This document shows, piece after piece, positions 1 through 13,755 of a stretch of 64,000 nt of DNA. Positions within the stretch are counted from its first letter, which is position 1; each line of letters opens with the position of its first letter. The DNA is taken from positions 20,096,001 through 20,160,000 of the forward strand of contig CP086569.2 of assembly GCA_009914755.4 (NCBI GenBank). Direction: 5' to 3'. Origin of the DNA: the human T2T-CHM13v2.0 reference genome, Homo sapiens. Below the pieces are notes generated by a model, which was not told where the DNA came from, searched no databases, and was given only the letters and a program-made list of their open reading frames with translations. Made by a program: the position numbers and the translations under genes.

Positions 1-1762
1 TTAGTCTCATGGGCTTCCCTTTGTGGGTCACCCTTTCTTTCTCTCTGGCTGCCCTTAAAATTTTTCCTTCATTTCAACTTTTGTGAATCTGACAATTATG
101 TGCCTTGGAGTTGCTTTTCGGAAGGAGTATCTTTGTGGCATTCTCTGTATTTCCTGAATTTGAATGTTGGCCTGCCTTGCTAGGTTGGGGAAGTTCTCCT
201 GAAGAGTGTTTTCCAACATGGTTCCATTCACCCCGTCACTTTCAGGTACACCAATCAGACATAGATTTGGTGTTTTCACATAGTCCCATATTTCTTGGAG
301 GCTTTTTCATTTCTTTTTATTCTTTTTTCTCTAAACATCTCTTCTCGCTTCATTTCATTCATTTGATCTTCAATCACTGATACACTTTCTTGCAGTTGAT
401 CAAGTCAGCTACTGAAGCTTGTGCATTCACCACGAAGTTCTCATGCCACAGTTTTCAGCTCCATGAGGTCCTTTAAGGACTTCTCTGCATTGGTTATTCT
501 AGTTAGCCATTCATCTAATCATTTTTCAAGGTTTTTAGCTTTTTCTGTGATGGGTTCAAACTTCCTCCTTTAGCTCAGAGAAGTTTGATCATCTGAAGCC
601 TTCTTCTCTCAAGTCGTCAAAGTCATTCTCCATCTAGCTTTGTTCCATTGCTGTTGAGGAGCTGCGTTCCTTTGGAGGAGGAGAGGTGCTCTGATTTTTA
701 GAGTTTTCAGTTTTCTGTTCTATTTTTTCCTCATCTTTGTGGTTTTATCTACCTTTGGCCTTTGATGTTGGTTACATGCAGATGGGTTTTCTGTGTTCCT
801 GTCCTTTCTGTTTGTTAGTTTTCCTTCTAATCATCAGGACTCTCAGCTGCATGTCTGTTGGAGTTTGCTGGATGTCCAATCCAGACCCTGTTTGCCTGGG
901 TATTGGCAGCGGAGGCTGCAGAACAGCGAATATTGCTGAACAGTTAATGTTGCTGTCTGATCACTCCTCTGGAGGTTTTGTCTTATAGGTCTACCCGGCC
1001 ATGTGAGGTGTCAGTCTGTCCCTACTTGGGGGTGCCTCCAAGTTAGTCTATTCAGGGGTCAGGGGCCCACTTGAGGGGGCAGTGTGTCCATTCTCAGATC
1101 TCAAACTCTTTTCTGGGAGAAATACTGCTCTATTCAAAGCTGTTCAACAGGGACATTGAAGACTGCAGAGGTTTCTACTTCCTTTTGTTCACCTATGCTC
1201 TGCCCCCAGAGGTGGAGTCTCCAGAGGCAGGCAGGCTTCCTTGAGCTGTTGTGGGCTCCACCCAGGTCAAGCTTCCTGGCCACTTTGTTTACCTTCTCAA
1301 GCCTAAGCAATGGTGGGTGTCACTTCCCTATCCTTGATGCTGCCTTGCAGTTCAATCTCAGACTGTGTGATAGCAATGAGCAAGGCTCCGTGAGCATGGG
1401 ACCCTCTGAGCCAGGCACAGGATATAATCTCCTGGATGTGCCATTTGCTAAGACCATTGGAAAAGTGCAGTATTAGGGTGGGAGTGACCTGATTTTCCAT
1501 TTGTCACAGCTTTGGTTGGGTATGAAAGGGAATTTCCTGACCCCTTTTGCTTCCCAGTTGAGGCTATGCCTCACACTGCTTCAGCTCACACTCGGTACAC
1601 TGCACTCACTGTCCTGCACCGACTGCCCAACAAGTTCCAGTGAGATGAACCTGGTACCTCTGTTGGAAATGCAGAAATCACCTCTCTTCTGCGTTGCTCA
1701 TGCTGGGAGCTGTAGACTGGTGCTGCTCCTATTTGGCCATCTTGGAACCACCCCTCACCCCT
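1..1762 (-). mobile_element. L1 (LINE-1) 5' portion: ORF1 remnant plus 5'UTR. The element continues beyond the left edge of the window.
   Basis: ORF 55..279(-) translates to an L1 ORF1p C-terminal segment (PRHIIVRFTKVEMKEKF, NLCLIGVPESDG, NFPNLARQANIQIQEIQR). Downstream on the minus strand there is 5'UTR-like sequence that ends with GGCCATCTTGGAACC-like terminus near 1760. Confidence 0.85.
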
Positions 1763-1874
1763 GTATGTTTTCTAAACAACTCTTTTCATTATAAGAATTA
1801 TGAAACAAATAAAAAATAGTCAAAAAATGCAGAGAGTCAAATTTTTAGTGAAACCAATAGTAATAAAAATAATA

Positions 1875-2178
1875 GGCTAAGTATGGTGGCTCATGCCTGT
1901 AATCCCAGCCCTTTGAAAAGTTGAGCCAGAAGGGACACTTGAGCCCAGGAGTTCAAGACCATCCTGGGCAAGATAGAAAGATGCCAAATCTACAAAAAGA
2001 TTTAAAATTAGCAAGGCATGACAGCACACGCCTGTTGTCCCAGCTACTAGGGAGGTTGAAGAATGAAGATGGTTTGTGTCTGGGAAGTTGAAGCTGCAGT
2101 GAGCCATGATTCACTCCACTGCACTCCAGCATGGGTGAGAGAATGAGATCCTGTCTCAAAAATAATAGTGATAATAAC
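1875..2178 (+). mobile_element. Alu SINE (full length, A-rich tail)
   Basis: GGCTAAGTATGGTGGCTCATGCCTGTAATCCCAGC...GAGATCCTGTCTCAAAAATAATA. Dimeric Alu structure. Confidence 0.9.
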
Positions 2179-2633
2179 AAGCACACGTGTGACCTTACTT
2201 GGGGACTTTGTATTCAAGCTCTGGGATTCTGAAGTACTTTCAAGAGCAAGACTGGAATTAGTCCCGGTGATGAATTGATCCTCTGGGTAGGTTATGTATT
2301 TGAGCACATTCCCATCAGCTTGAGATTTTTCTGCTTTTGCCTACAAATTATCAATTTCATGCTTATGGCCATTACAGAGTAATTAACATATCAGATGCTT
2401 AGAAGTTTCAGTCCAATGTTAATGATAAATTGATATCCTTAAAGGGGCTATCTCTGGGCAAATATATTGTTTGTGGTTGTGCAAATGCTGATATTTCTAA
2501 ATACCATTCACTTTTTATTTTGCATTAAAGTGTGAACTTTAAAAGCAACTGTGCTTAGCAAAAAGTGTCCTTAAACTTTGTAAATGCTTACTGACTGGAT
2601 TTTCCTATATTTTTAGAAAAGAACTAATTTTAA

Positions 2634-2936
<303 letters not shown>

Positions 2937-2964
2937 AGAATAACATATTTTTAAAAATGGTAAC

Positions 2965-3110
2965 AGCCAGGTCCAGTGGCTTAAGACTTAATCCCAGCAT
3001 TTTGGGAGGCTAAGGTGGGAGGTTAGGTTGAGCCTAGGAGTTTGAGACCAGTCTGGACAACATGGCAAAACCCTGTCTCTACAGTAAAATAATAATAATA
3101 ATAATAATAT
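2965..3110 (+). mobile_element. Free Alu-like monomer (FLAM-like) followed by an (AAT)n microsatellite at 3086-3110
   Basis: CCAGGTCCAGTGGCTTAAGACTTAATCCCAGCATTTTGGGAGGCTAAGGTGGGAGG...CCTGTCTCTACAG, then AATAATAATAAT. Confidence 0.6.
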
Positions 3111-3411
3111 TTTAAAATAATAATGACAATAATAAAGCATATTCATTTGAAATGATTGGGCATCCCAAACCAGTCTTCCTTATCTTTACACATTGTCAGC
3201 CAAAGGCAGGTTTTTAGCTACAATACAGATATACATTTTTCCGTCCAAATTCCCACTTTTCAAACCCAAAGCAAGCATACTACTCCAGACATTTAGAAGA
3301 ATTTGACAGAAAGTGTTTTCATTTTGTTAATGACATAAACTCCTGCATAACCATATTCCAAAATACTAAGTTATTGTTTGCTTGGGTGAAAGCATCAATT
3401 TTCTTTTTTAT

Positions 3412-3530
3412 TGGACTCCCCAATAACTGGGATTACAGGTATGCACCACTATGCCCAGGTATTTTGTGTGTTTAGTATAGCTGGGGTTTCCTAATGTTTG
3501 TCAGGTTGGTCTCAAACTCCTCACCTCAGG
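3412..3530 (-). mobile_element. Alu fragment
   Basis: CCCCAATAACTGGGATTACAGGTATGCACCACTATGCCCAGG...GGTCTCAAACTCCTCACCTCAGG. Confidence 0.6.
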
Positions 3531-3881
3531 AGAAAGCATTCTTTGCTTTTTATTTCTTCTTTGACATTATGACTTTCAATCTGAGGCAGGCTCAAACAAG
3601 GTCTGTCAAGGAAAAACATTTGTTACAATGTTGCTTTCAATTCTCTCATGTCATTTCTCATAGTTGAAAAAAAAAAAAAAACTTCAGTTAAAGAGTTGAG
3701 ACCTGCTTCATCAAAACTTAAACCTTTATGCTTCAAAGAGACTGCCAAGAAAGGAAATGACAGTTACAGGGTGGGAGAAAATACTTGCACATCATATACC
3801 TGATAAAAGACTCATATCCATCATATAAAAATAATCCCTCTAAGGCGATAATTAAAGTATTTTTTCAATTCAATTTAAAGT

Positions 3882-4199
3882 GGCTAGGTCCAGGTGCAGT
3901 GACTCCCGCCTGTAATCTCAGCACTTTGGGAGTCTAAGGAAGGTGAATCACATGAGGCCAAGAGTTTGAGATCAGCCTGGCCAGCATGGTGAAACCCTGT
4001 CTCTATAAAAATACAATAAAAATTGGCTAGGTGTGGTGGCATGTGCCTGTAATCCTAGTTACTTCGGAGGCTGAGGCACTAGATTTGCTTGAGCCTGGGA
4101 GGCAGAGGTTGCGGTGAGGCAAGACAGTGCTATTGGACTCCGACCTGGATGACAGAGCAAGACTGTGCCTCCAAAAAATAAGAAATAAATAAAAATATA
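3882..4199 (+). mobile_element. Alu SINE
   Basis: GGCTAGGTCCAGGTGCAGTGACTCCCGCCTGTAATCTCAGCACTTTGGGAG...GACAGAGCAAGACTGTGCCTCCAAAAAATAAGAAATAAA. Confidence 0.9.
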
Positions 4200-4254
4200 G
4201 GTCAGTAAAAGATTTGAATTGTACATTCTTCCAAAAAAGATATATAAGTAGCCA

Positions 4255-4942
4255 ATAAACACATCACAAAATGTTATTAATAGCATCAATGACATGCAAA
4301 TTAAAGACACCATCTGAACACTTACACACTGCTAGTGAAAGTATAAATTAGTTCAGGCCTTGTGGAAAGCAGTTTGGAGATTTCTCAAAGAACTAGAACT
4401 AAAACTAACCCTTGATCCAGAAATTGCATGATTGAGTATCTGCCTAAAGAGAAAGAACTCATTCTACCAAAAATATATCTGCACTCACATGTTTATAGTA
4501 GTACTATTCACAATAGAAAAGACATGGCATGAAGCCAGGTGCCCATCAATGGTGGATAAAGAAAATGTGTTAAATACACATCATGCAATGCTACACATTC
4601 ATAAGAAAGAATGACATATTGCCTTTTGCAGCAATATGGATAGAGCTAGAGGACATTATTCTAAGTGAACTAACTAAAAAACAGATAATCAAATAATGCA
4701 TGTTCTTATTTCTAAGTGAGAGCTAAGCATTGGGTTCTCATTGGACACAAAGATGGAAACATTAGACACTGGAGACTTCTAGAAAGAGGAGAGAATGGAG
4801 CAAGGGTTAAACATCTAAACATTGGGTATTTTGTTCACTATGTGGGTGACATGTTCAACAGATGCTCAAACCTCAGCGTCATGCAATATAGCCATGTAAC
4901 AAACCTGCATATGCACCCCCTGTATCTAAATTCTTAAAAAAA
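4255..4942 (+). mobile_element. L1 3' end (older L1M/L1P-type), terminated by poly-A
   Basis: Typical L1 3' region: ...CATTCTACCAAAAATATATCTGCACTCACATGTTTATAGTAGTACTATTCACAATAG...CCATCAATGGTGGATAAAGAAAATGTG...AACCTGCATATGCACCCCCTGTATCTAAATTCTTAAAAAAA. Confidence 0.75.
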
Positions 4943-5110
4943 TCCAACATCAGATTCACTTCATTTCTGGCCCCTAGAATGGCTAGAGACAAAGTCAGAT
5001 AATAACACTTGCTGGGGAGGATGTGTAGAAATCAGAGCCCTCCTACAGTGTTGGTGAGGATGTAAAATTGTGCAGCCACTGTGGAAAACAGTCTGATGGC
5101 TCCTTAAAAT
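4943..5110 (+). mobile_element. L1 ORF2 C-terminal fragment (out of order relative to the preceding 3' end)
   Basis: Translates to CW(G)GC(V)EI(RA)LL(Q)CW..CK(I)VQPLWK(T)V, which matches the L1 ORF2p motif [29 protein letters not shown]. Confidence 0.7.
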
Positions 5111-5989
5111 GGGATCCTTTGTAATTATTAAGGATATAAAGGGGTCCTGAGACTAAAAATTTGAGACCCACTACTTAATAAAAATATTGTCTAATACATA
5201 ACTTGAATTTGTTGAATTGTTTTGAATTCAATTGTTGTATTCAATAAAAAAGGGGAGACATCCTTTCTCTACAGAGAACTTGAATTTTGTCTTTATTTTC
5301 TCACCAAAGTCAATGAGAAAGACATATGAAGCCTCCTGTAATAGCCCCTAAATTATAAGAGACCAGATGAAATCCAGGTGATGACAGCATGAAACAGACA
5401 GTCTAAACAAAGTCATTTGCTAACATGGAGCTGTAACTATTTGTAAGCCAATGTTAAGTACTTTTCTTTACCATACTGTATGCTACAAAGTCAACTCTGA
5501 GATTGAAACTGGCTCTACCTCTGTTCAACACTAAGTACAGTTGTTACACAAGCCAGTGATTTTTTTTTATGAATAAAATTTTAAGAGAACACAAATACTC
5601 CTGTTGATTTAAGTATTGTCTATGTCTGTTTTCTGCTTCCTGGACAGAGTTGACCTGTTGCTACAGAGACTGCATGGCCTGCAAAGCCAAAAATATTTAG
5701 CATGTAGGCCTTTAGAGAGAAAGGCTAAATGATATGAATTATACCCAGATTTTGCAGAAATTGCAAGTGTAAGCTTGCAGAATGGAGATGCAAAAGGTAG
5801 AAATGGGCAGATCTGAGTTCAACAGGAATTTCAATGTTAGGGTGAGATCACTGGCCAAAGGGGCTTGCCCAGCTATGAAGTCATGCCAGGTCTGGTTTTG
5901 CTACATCAGAACACAGTCTGCTGCATGGGGCTGGGAGACTGAAAATAAAATCAGTTAATGGCCAGGTCGTATATAAAAATAGAATCCTG

Positions 5990-6300
5990 GGGTGGGCAGG
6001 GTGGCTCAGGCTTGGAATCCCAGCACTTTGGAGGTCGAGACAGATGGATCAGGAGGTCAGGAGATTGAACCATCCTGGCTAACAAGGTGAAACCCTGTCT
6101 CTACTAAAGGAAAAAAAAATACAGAAAAATTAGCCGGGCATGGTGGTAGGCACCTGTAGTTCCAGCTACTTGGGAGGCTGAGGCAGGAGAATGGCTTGAA
6201 CCTGGAGGCAGAGCTTGCAGTGAGCTGAGATTGCACCACTGCACTCCAGCCTGGGGGACAGAGCAAGACTCCATCTCAAAAAAGAAAGAAAGGAAAAAAA
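5990..6300 (+). mobile_element. Alu SINE (AluS/Y-like)
   Basis: GGGTGGGCAGGGTGGCTCAGGCTTGGAATCCCAGCACTTTGGAGG...GCACTCCAGCCTGGGGGACAGAGCAAGACTCCATCTCAAAAAAGAAAG. Confidence 0.9.
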
Positions 6301-6714
6301 ATAGAACCCTGACCCAAGATCTCTAGCAACCAGCCTGGAAATCAATCCATTGACTGTAATAGCCAGTCCAGAAAGCCAGCTTACTAACTATGAGTTACAC
6401 TTGTAGTGAGACAGACCAATGTCTGCAGTAGCAGTCCAGGGAGCTAAACAACAACCCCTGTAATCATTGGCCCCAAATGACCACGACTTGTTTAATATCT
6501 GAGAGCTTCCCTATTTTTGTCTTCACTTAGGGCCAACAAGTGACTGCCACATATGCACTTGTAACCAATAGCAAAGAATGTCCTGCCTCTAGTGAGCCTC
6601 CTATGGCTCCCTGTGCCAGCCACCTCCAGTCAGGGCACACCTGAAACCTTTCCTTTTCTCCTCTATGAAGCTGTCCTGCTTCTTTTTATGCCTGTGAGTC
6701 TGCAAAATGCTTTT

Positions 6715-7505
6715 AATAGATGAATAGGTGGATAGAAGGATGAATAGATATTGAATGGATAGATAAATGAATGATGGGTGGATTGATAGATCAATGGACA
6801 GAAAGATGCATAGATAATGGATGATTGGATGAACAGAAAAGGATAAATGGATGGATGGATGGTGAATAAATAGATAATCTGTAAATTAATGTATTGATGG
6901 ATGAATAGAAAATGGTCTAATGATGGATGAATGAATAGATGAAAGGAAGGATGGATATATAATGGATTGGTGAGTGATAGAATGACTGATAGATTGATGA
7001 ATGAAAATCTTCTGGATGGGTAAATGAACAGATAGGAGAATAGATTGATGGATGATTGATGGATGAATTGATAAATATATAATGAATGAATGGATGGATG
7101 AGTGGGTGGATTGATGGGTGAATGGATGTGTGGGTGGGTGGATGGGTGATTGATGGATGGAGGGAAGGATAAATGGTTAAGTGGCTGGACTGATGGATTA
7201 ATGGATGGATGATGGACAGATGAATAGATAATGTACACATGAATGGATGATGAATAAATCGGTGGGTGAATGGATAAATAGGTAATTTACAAATCAATGG
7301 GTAGATAGGTATATAACAGGTGAACAAATGGATAAACAGATGGGTGGTTGGATAGATATATAATGGGTGGATGGATGAATATATAATGAATGAATGAATG
7401 GATGGATGGATGGATTATGGGTGGGTTGACAGATGGATATATAATGTATGCATTAATGGATGGGTGGATGGAAAAATGGATGGATGGAAACATAGATGGA
7501 TGATG
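6715..7505. repeat. About 790 bp imperfect tetranucleotide satellite, (GGAT)n with GAAT, GATA and GGGT variants
   Basis: Visible run TGGATGGATGGATGAATAGATGAATGGATGGGTGG... It explains the long artefactual minus-strand ORFs 6663..7238 and 6917..7327, which are rich in H, P, S and I. Confidence 0.9.
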
Positions 7506-8711
7506 TGGCTGAACCCCTTGCCACAGAAGTCTCTGAAGAGACAAACTTCATATGTTCTCATGTTCTTGGTCTTTGTTTATTTCCACAAAGCAAAGCAGCA
7601 AGAGCTAGCAATTGGTGCAAAATTCACAATTGGGTCAGCAGCTGAGTGCTGTACTTAGATGGATGAAGGCCATACATGGCCAAAATGCAGGAGCAAGATC
7701 AAGTTCACCAAGAGAGAGACATAAGGACCAAGTCTGACATCTCTATTCTAGCATGGAAATTGGTTGATATGGTGATAGGGAGAAGAACGTAGAGCTACAT
7801 ATGGATGAGGAATTTCTGCGTTATCAGATACTGACAAGTCCTGGCCCCAGTCTTTGATTCTTCCAGCTGGTGAAGGCATCCTTAGAGCCTGTTGAGGCCT
7901 AATCAGAGCAGAACACAAAGGCAGGAGGGCTGTAGTATCTGTGGCAGGGAGAGGCTGAGAATGGTGGCAAAACACACAAATAAACAATAAAAAAGAGGAA
8001 ACCTCCAAGTTTGACACATCCATAGACAAGTGAGAAAGAAGAGTAGCTTAAAAAACAGAAATGCTTATAAAATAGTTATTTTTTTTCCTTAAAGGAACTG
8101 ACTGCTTTTAAAAGGAACTTAGAAATTAGGAAACAGACTAGAGCTGAGTTACAAATAGAAATATCAATAGATATTTATAATCCCAAGTAGACTACCTATG
8201 TTAGGTGTTACAGCTTCTCTACTTATATTAGGTATTGAAGCTTCTCTCAAACAGCAAGGTACCACACAACTCACACTTTATCTCAATATTGGGGGACTCT
8301 GTCCACTTTCAGAGGATTAGATATTGTATAACTTAAAATGCTCATGATTCTTCACATTCATCTGCAAATGCAGAGACAATATTTTAAGACTTTATTTTGA
8401 CACCTAGAAAAATGGTACTTAATTCTGCAACATCCAATTGAAAAGCATTGGCTTATGTTAGAGGGCACGGGGAGCTATTAAAAATGTATAAAACATATGC
8501 ATATTAATATAATGACTAGATTTTTATCTATTACTAAGCAGAAAAATAAGAAAATATATTATTATTGATGTTAAGTAGTGCTTATCATTGATTAGTCACT
8601 AAATGCCAAATATTATGATAAATTCTTTACATAAAATGCCTTGATTTCACAAAAATCCCCTGAGATGCAGGACCAGGATCTAAGACCACATCAATTGGAT
8701 TTTTTGTCTCT

Positions 8712-9003
8712 TTATTTTGAGACAGGGTCTTTCTCTGTTGCCCAGACTGAAGTACAGTGGTACAATCACTGCTCACTGCAGCCTCAATCACCTGGGCTCA
8801 AGTGATCTTCCCACCTCAACCTCTGAGTTGCTGATACTACATGTGTGTACCACTATGCCTAATGTTTTATTTTTGTAAATTTTTGTAGAGACAGGGTTTC
8901 ACTATGTTGCCTTGGCTGGACTGAGACTTCTGGTCTCAAGCAATCCTCCTGCCTCAGGCTTCTGAAGTGCTGGGATTACAGGCATGAGCCACTATGCCCA
9001 GCC
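8712..9003 (-). mobile_element. Alu SINE
   Basis: TTTTGAGACAGGGTCTTTCTCTGTTGCCCAGACTGAAGTACAGTGG...GGGATTACAGGCATGAGCCACTATGCCCAGCC. Confidence 0.9.
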
Positions 9004-9809
9004 TTAATTTGATTTTCAGACTAATTTTCCTAACATTGACAGTCTATTGGAAACATACACGGAAAACAGGAAAAAAAATAATGCTGCTTTTAGAACCACA
9101 ACTACCTTTGAAGAAGAGAGAATCAACTTGAATGGCAACCCTGATGTTCCACTGGGTGCCCCAGTGGGCTAGAAGTGTGTTTTGGGAGCAGAAGCTGTAG
9201 AGGGCTGGGTGAATTTTCAGAATCAATGATAGAGGAGAAGAAGGAAACTGCAGGGAACCAAAGAGGGGAGAAAAACAGAATAATGCATTGTAAACTCTTT
9301 CTCTGCTTTCTCTCTCAGCACTATATTTGCTGTCTGCTGTGATACACTGAGAGGACTGCATCAGTGTGGTGTGTTTGCTTGAAACTTGCGGAAGAGGATT
9401 TCTTTCCTTTCATTTCAGATTCTGGGGGGTTGGGGGCAGGGTGTGCAAGCAGATATCCAGAAGACAGGGCTTCTATAAAAAGGTAACCTTCCTTCCAGCC
9501 CCTAGGAAATTCACAAAAATGGAGGAACAGATATAAATTTTCATGCGAAGTAAAAATCAGAGCATGAGACAATTTTGTCTCCACTTAAGGGTGCCAAAGT
9601 CTCCAGCTGACATTGGTACACAAATGTTTCTGTAGAAACATACACAAACACAACTTTCTGTAGAGCCTTGTCCATAATCACAATTTAGATACAAAGGGGT
9701 TTGCCTAAATTAATTACAAAGGAATAAAATATTAGTGTCAGGGCCAGAACTGGAGCTTTTAGAACACTGGGTCATTTTCCATTAGGCCATCCATATTACG
9801 TCTAAGTAT

Positions 9810-10245
9810 TCATCTATGCATTCATTTACCTAACATCCATCCATCCATCTATCCTTCCATCCATCCATCCATCCATGTATCCATCCATCCATCCATCCAT
9901 CCATCCATCCATCCATCCATCCATCTGTATTCCATCATCCATTCAATCCATTTGTCCATCTATCATCCTTTTATGCATACAACTATCAATCAATCCATTT
10001 ATCCATCTATCATCCTTTTATGCATACATCTATCAATCCATCAACATGTTAGCTATTCATTCATCCAACCTCCATTCAATCATTCATTATTCATCTATCT
10101 ATCCAACCATCCACTACCCATCTATCAATTCATCCGTTATCAACCATCCATTCATCCATATTTTATATATACATCCATCATCTATCCATTGTCTTCCATC
10201 TATCCATCTACCTGCATGCATCCATCATCTATTTATTTATCATAG
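9810..10245. repeat. About 435 bp (ATCC)n satellite. This is the exact complementary motif of the 6715-7505 block.
   Basis: CATCCATCCATCCATCTATCCTTCCATCCATCC... It explains the artefactual plus-strand ORFs 9875..10264 and 9952..10245. Confidence 0.9.
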
Positions 10246-10424
10246 TCCTTGGTCATGGTTCTGAATAAGAAAATCCTTGACGGTCTTGAACAGGAATTAG
10301 TCCTCTCATCGACCAAGTCCAGCAGGCTGGAACCTGGACACAGAACAGGTTCATAAGAGTGGTTCCACATTGGAGCAACCATGGACATAGGCAAAGCCCT
10401 GCCTAGGGAAGTATAGTGTTACTA

Positions 10425-11175
<751 letters not shown>

Positions 11176-11629
11176 AAGACACAAAATGTCATTTAGACAG
11201 GATGGATAAGTACAAGAGCTCTAACATATAAAATGATGACCAGAGTAAATAACAATATATTTTATTGTTGGCAAATGATGAAGGCATTTACTGTTAAGTG
11301 AAAATTACCAAGAGAGTAGATTTTTAAGTGTTCTTACCATGAAAACAAAACATAATTAGTTCAATTTAGCCATTCTACAATGGATACATGTATCAAAACA
11401 CCATAAATATATATATATCATTTGATTTGTCAATTAAAAAAGATGCCAATATAAGTGTGTTTAAAGTGAAAAAAGAGAAAAAAGAGTATAGAAATATGTA
11501 GAAAGTAAATACTGAAAACATTAAAGAAAATATGTTTAATATATTAAATATATTTAATAATATATTTATGCAAAATAATTAAAATGAATAATTTCAATTT
11601 CTGAAATTGAAATGAATAATTTCTGCCTG

Positions 11630-11945
11630 GGAGGCAGAGGTTGTGATGAACCAGGAGAGTGTCATTTTACTCCTAACTGGGCAACAAGAGTGAAACTCTA
11701 TCTCAAAAAAAAAAAAAAAAGAAAAGAAAAAGAAAAAGAAAAAAGAAATCCTGGGCTCAAGTTTTCTCCTACCTCAGCCTCTTGAGTAGTTGGGACCACA
11801 GACATGCCCAACCAATTTTAAATTTTTCATAGAGACAGGGTGTTACTACATTGTCCAGACTGGTTTCAAACCTCCAGCTTCAAGGTATCCTCCTACCTCT
11901 GCCTCTAAAACACTGAGATTGCAGACATGAGCCATCATGCTTGGC
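11630..11945. mobile_element. Two Alu fragments in opposite orientations: 11630-11745 plus-strand 3' end with A/GA-rich tail, and 11750-11945 minus-strand partial Alu
   Basis: TGCCTGGGAGGCAGAGGTTGTGATGAACC...CTCAAAAAAAAAAAAAAAAGAAAAG; then CCTGGGCTCAAGTTTTCTCCTACCTCAGCCTCTTGAGTAGTTGGGACCACAG...GAGCCATCATGCTTGGCC. Confidence 0.75.
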
Positions 11946-12994
11946 CTTTAATTTTAAGTTTAATTTTTAGTCTTGTCAAAGTGATAGATGTATAAGGCTC
12001 AAAAGTGAAGCAGTACCTCTTGCCCTCAATGTTCACTCTTATATTTTTTTTTCCTGGGATGTATTTCTATTTTGAAATAACATATTTGTTCAGAAATCTC
12101 GAGTGTGTTTCTTTTTTTTAGATGGTGCCTATTAATTTTCTATTTTCATCTTCCTGATGTGGCTACATCACTAATGTTTACTAAATGAATAGTCAAGCTT
12201 ACATTATGTGAATTCTCTAAATACTGAGATGTGCTTAACTTCCCTTCTTTGTATAAATTCTTGCATTTTCTAAACTTGCTTCCAGTTCATGTCTTCCCTA
12301 TTAAAATTATTTTCACAGACTTACGATGAGCCTGCCAATCCCTTCCAAATACAATCAGCCACCTAAGGTAGTCACAGGATGATGTTAAACACAGTCTCCT
12401 GGGGTCCTACAGTTCCTTTTCCAACCTGGACTCACCACTTTCTAAGACATCCACAGAGACATCAACCCTAGTATGTCCTGTTTCCAAGTGCCTTGAGTTT
12501 GTGTCCTGGCTTGCTTCTTCTGGTATCTTAGTCAGATAAGTTGGCCTTTCTGCAACTCAGCTTCCATAGCTGGCTGGAAAGTGGGAATAGTAATAGTCAT
12601 GAGCATTAAATGTGATCACAGTTGTAAAATGTTAAGGTCAGTTTCCTACTAATTGTACACAGGATGTTTATTTTTGTGGTCATCTTGAAAATTCCCCAAT
12701 AATTCCTTCATGTTAGCAATGTCAGTTTCTAAATTTCATGTCTCCCTCATGCTCAAATTGCCTTCCCTCATTTCCTCAAATCCAATATTCAAAGACATTA
12801 CCATCAAGAGTGCATGGAGATTACCGTTATGAAGCATTCTGCATGTACAAGAGTTCTGACCTTCATGCTCAGCTACTCTTGGGTCACGGCTGGGTTCTAT
12901 ATGCAATCCTAGACATTCCTGCAACAGGTGAAGGTATCACTGTTAATGTTGGGCTTCCAGTGCTGCTGAGCCTAAGGCAAAGTCCAATCCCCTT

Positions 12995-13108
12995 TTTATT
13001 TCTCAAGACTTTGCATCTCTTTCTTTTTCTTTCTCTTTCTTTTTCTTTCTCTTTCTTTTCCTTCCTGTCCACTCCTCTCCTCTTCTCTCTTCTCTTTTTC
13101 TTTTTTTT
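12995..13108. repeat. (CTTT)n/(CT)n pyrimidine-rich simple repeat
   Basis: TTTCTTTTTCTTTCTCTTTCTTTTTCTTTCTCTTTC... directly abutting the next Alu. Confidence 0.8.
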
Positions 13109-13377
13109 GATGGAGTCTCACTCTGTTGCCCAGGCTGGAGTGCAGTGACATGATCTTGGCTCACTGCAACCTCTGCCTCCTGAGTTCAAATGATTCTGTC
13201 CTAAGTAGCTGGAATTACAGGTGTACACCACCACACCCAGCTAATTTTTGTATTTTTAGTGGAGATGAGGTTTTGCCATTTTGGCCAGGCTGGTCTCAAC
13301 CTCCTGACCTCAGGTGATCTGCCCTCCTCAGCCTCCCAAAGTGCTTGGATTACAGGCATAAGCCACGGTGCCTGGCC
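13109..13377 (-). mobile_element. Alu SINE
   Basis: GATGGAGTCTCACTCTGTTGCCCAGGCTGGAGTGCAGTGACATGATCTTGGCTCACTGCAACC...GGATTACAGGCATAAGCCACGGTGCCTGGCC. Confidence 0.9.
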
Positions 13378-13379
13378 TC

Positions 13380-13620
13380 TCATTTTGTTTCTCACTTTCT
13401 CTATCTCTTATTCTCCCTTTCATTTTCTTTCTGTCTTCCAGTCTCTTTCTCTCTTTTTCCCTGCCACTCTGTCTTTGTGTGCATACTTCTGTCATTCTCT
13501 TAGTCTCTCATTCTCTCTTGCATGATCTCTTTTTCTCCCTCTCTCTTTTTGAATTACTCTGTCATTCTCTCTCTCTCTGTCTTTCTCCTTCTGCCTTCCC
13601 ACTCCCCAAACTATTCTAGA
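13380..13620. repeat. CT-rich low-complexity tract (TCTC/TTTC runs)
   Basis: TCTCACTTTCTCTATCTCTTATTCTCCCTTTCATTTTCTTTCTGTCTTCCAGTCTCTTTCTCTCTTTTTCC... It explains ORFs 13259..13525 and 13368..13619, which are rich in L, S and F. Confidence 0.65.
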
Positions 13621-13755
13621 GTCCTTTCTCTTCACCCTTCACACTCTAAAATATCACAACAATGTTCCCTCATGTGAGTCATTTGCCTCCCTGTCTCCTG
13701 GGGACCCAGAAACTTAGAGGTTCTTCTATACTTTCATAAAACATTCTCATTTCAA

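Noticed and set aside
6663-7544. Long minus-strand ORFs (191, 136 and 85 aa) rich in H, P, S and I
   Set aside because: Pure translation of the (GGAT)n/(ATCC)n satellite. No start context, periodic composition. The mirror ORFs at 9875-10264 on the plus strand are the same artefact.
12738-13148. 136-aa plus-strand ORF
   Set aside because: Runs through a CT-rich simple repeat (…FLFLSLSFSFSFFSF…) into an antisense Alu (…[12 protein letters not shown]). Repeat artefact.
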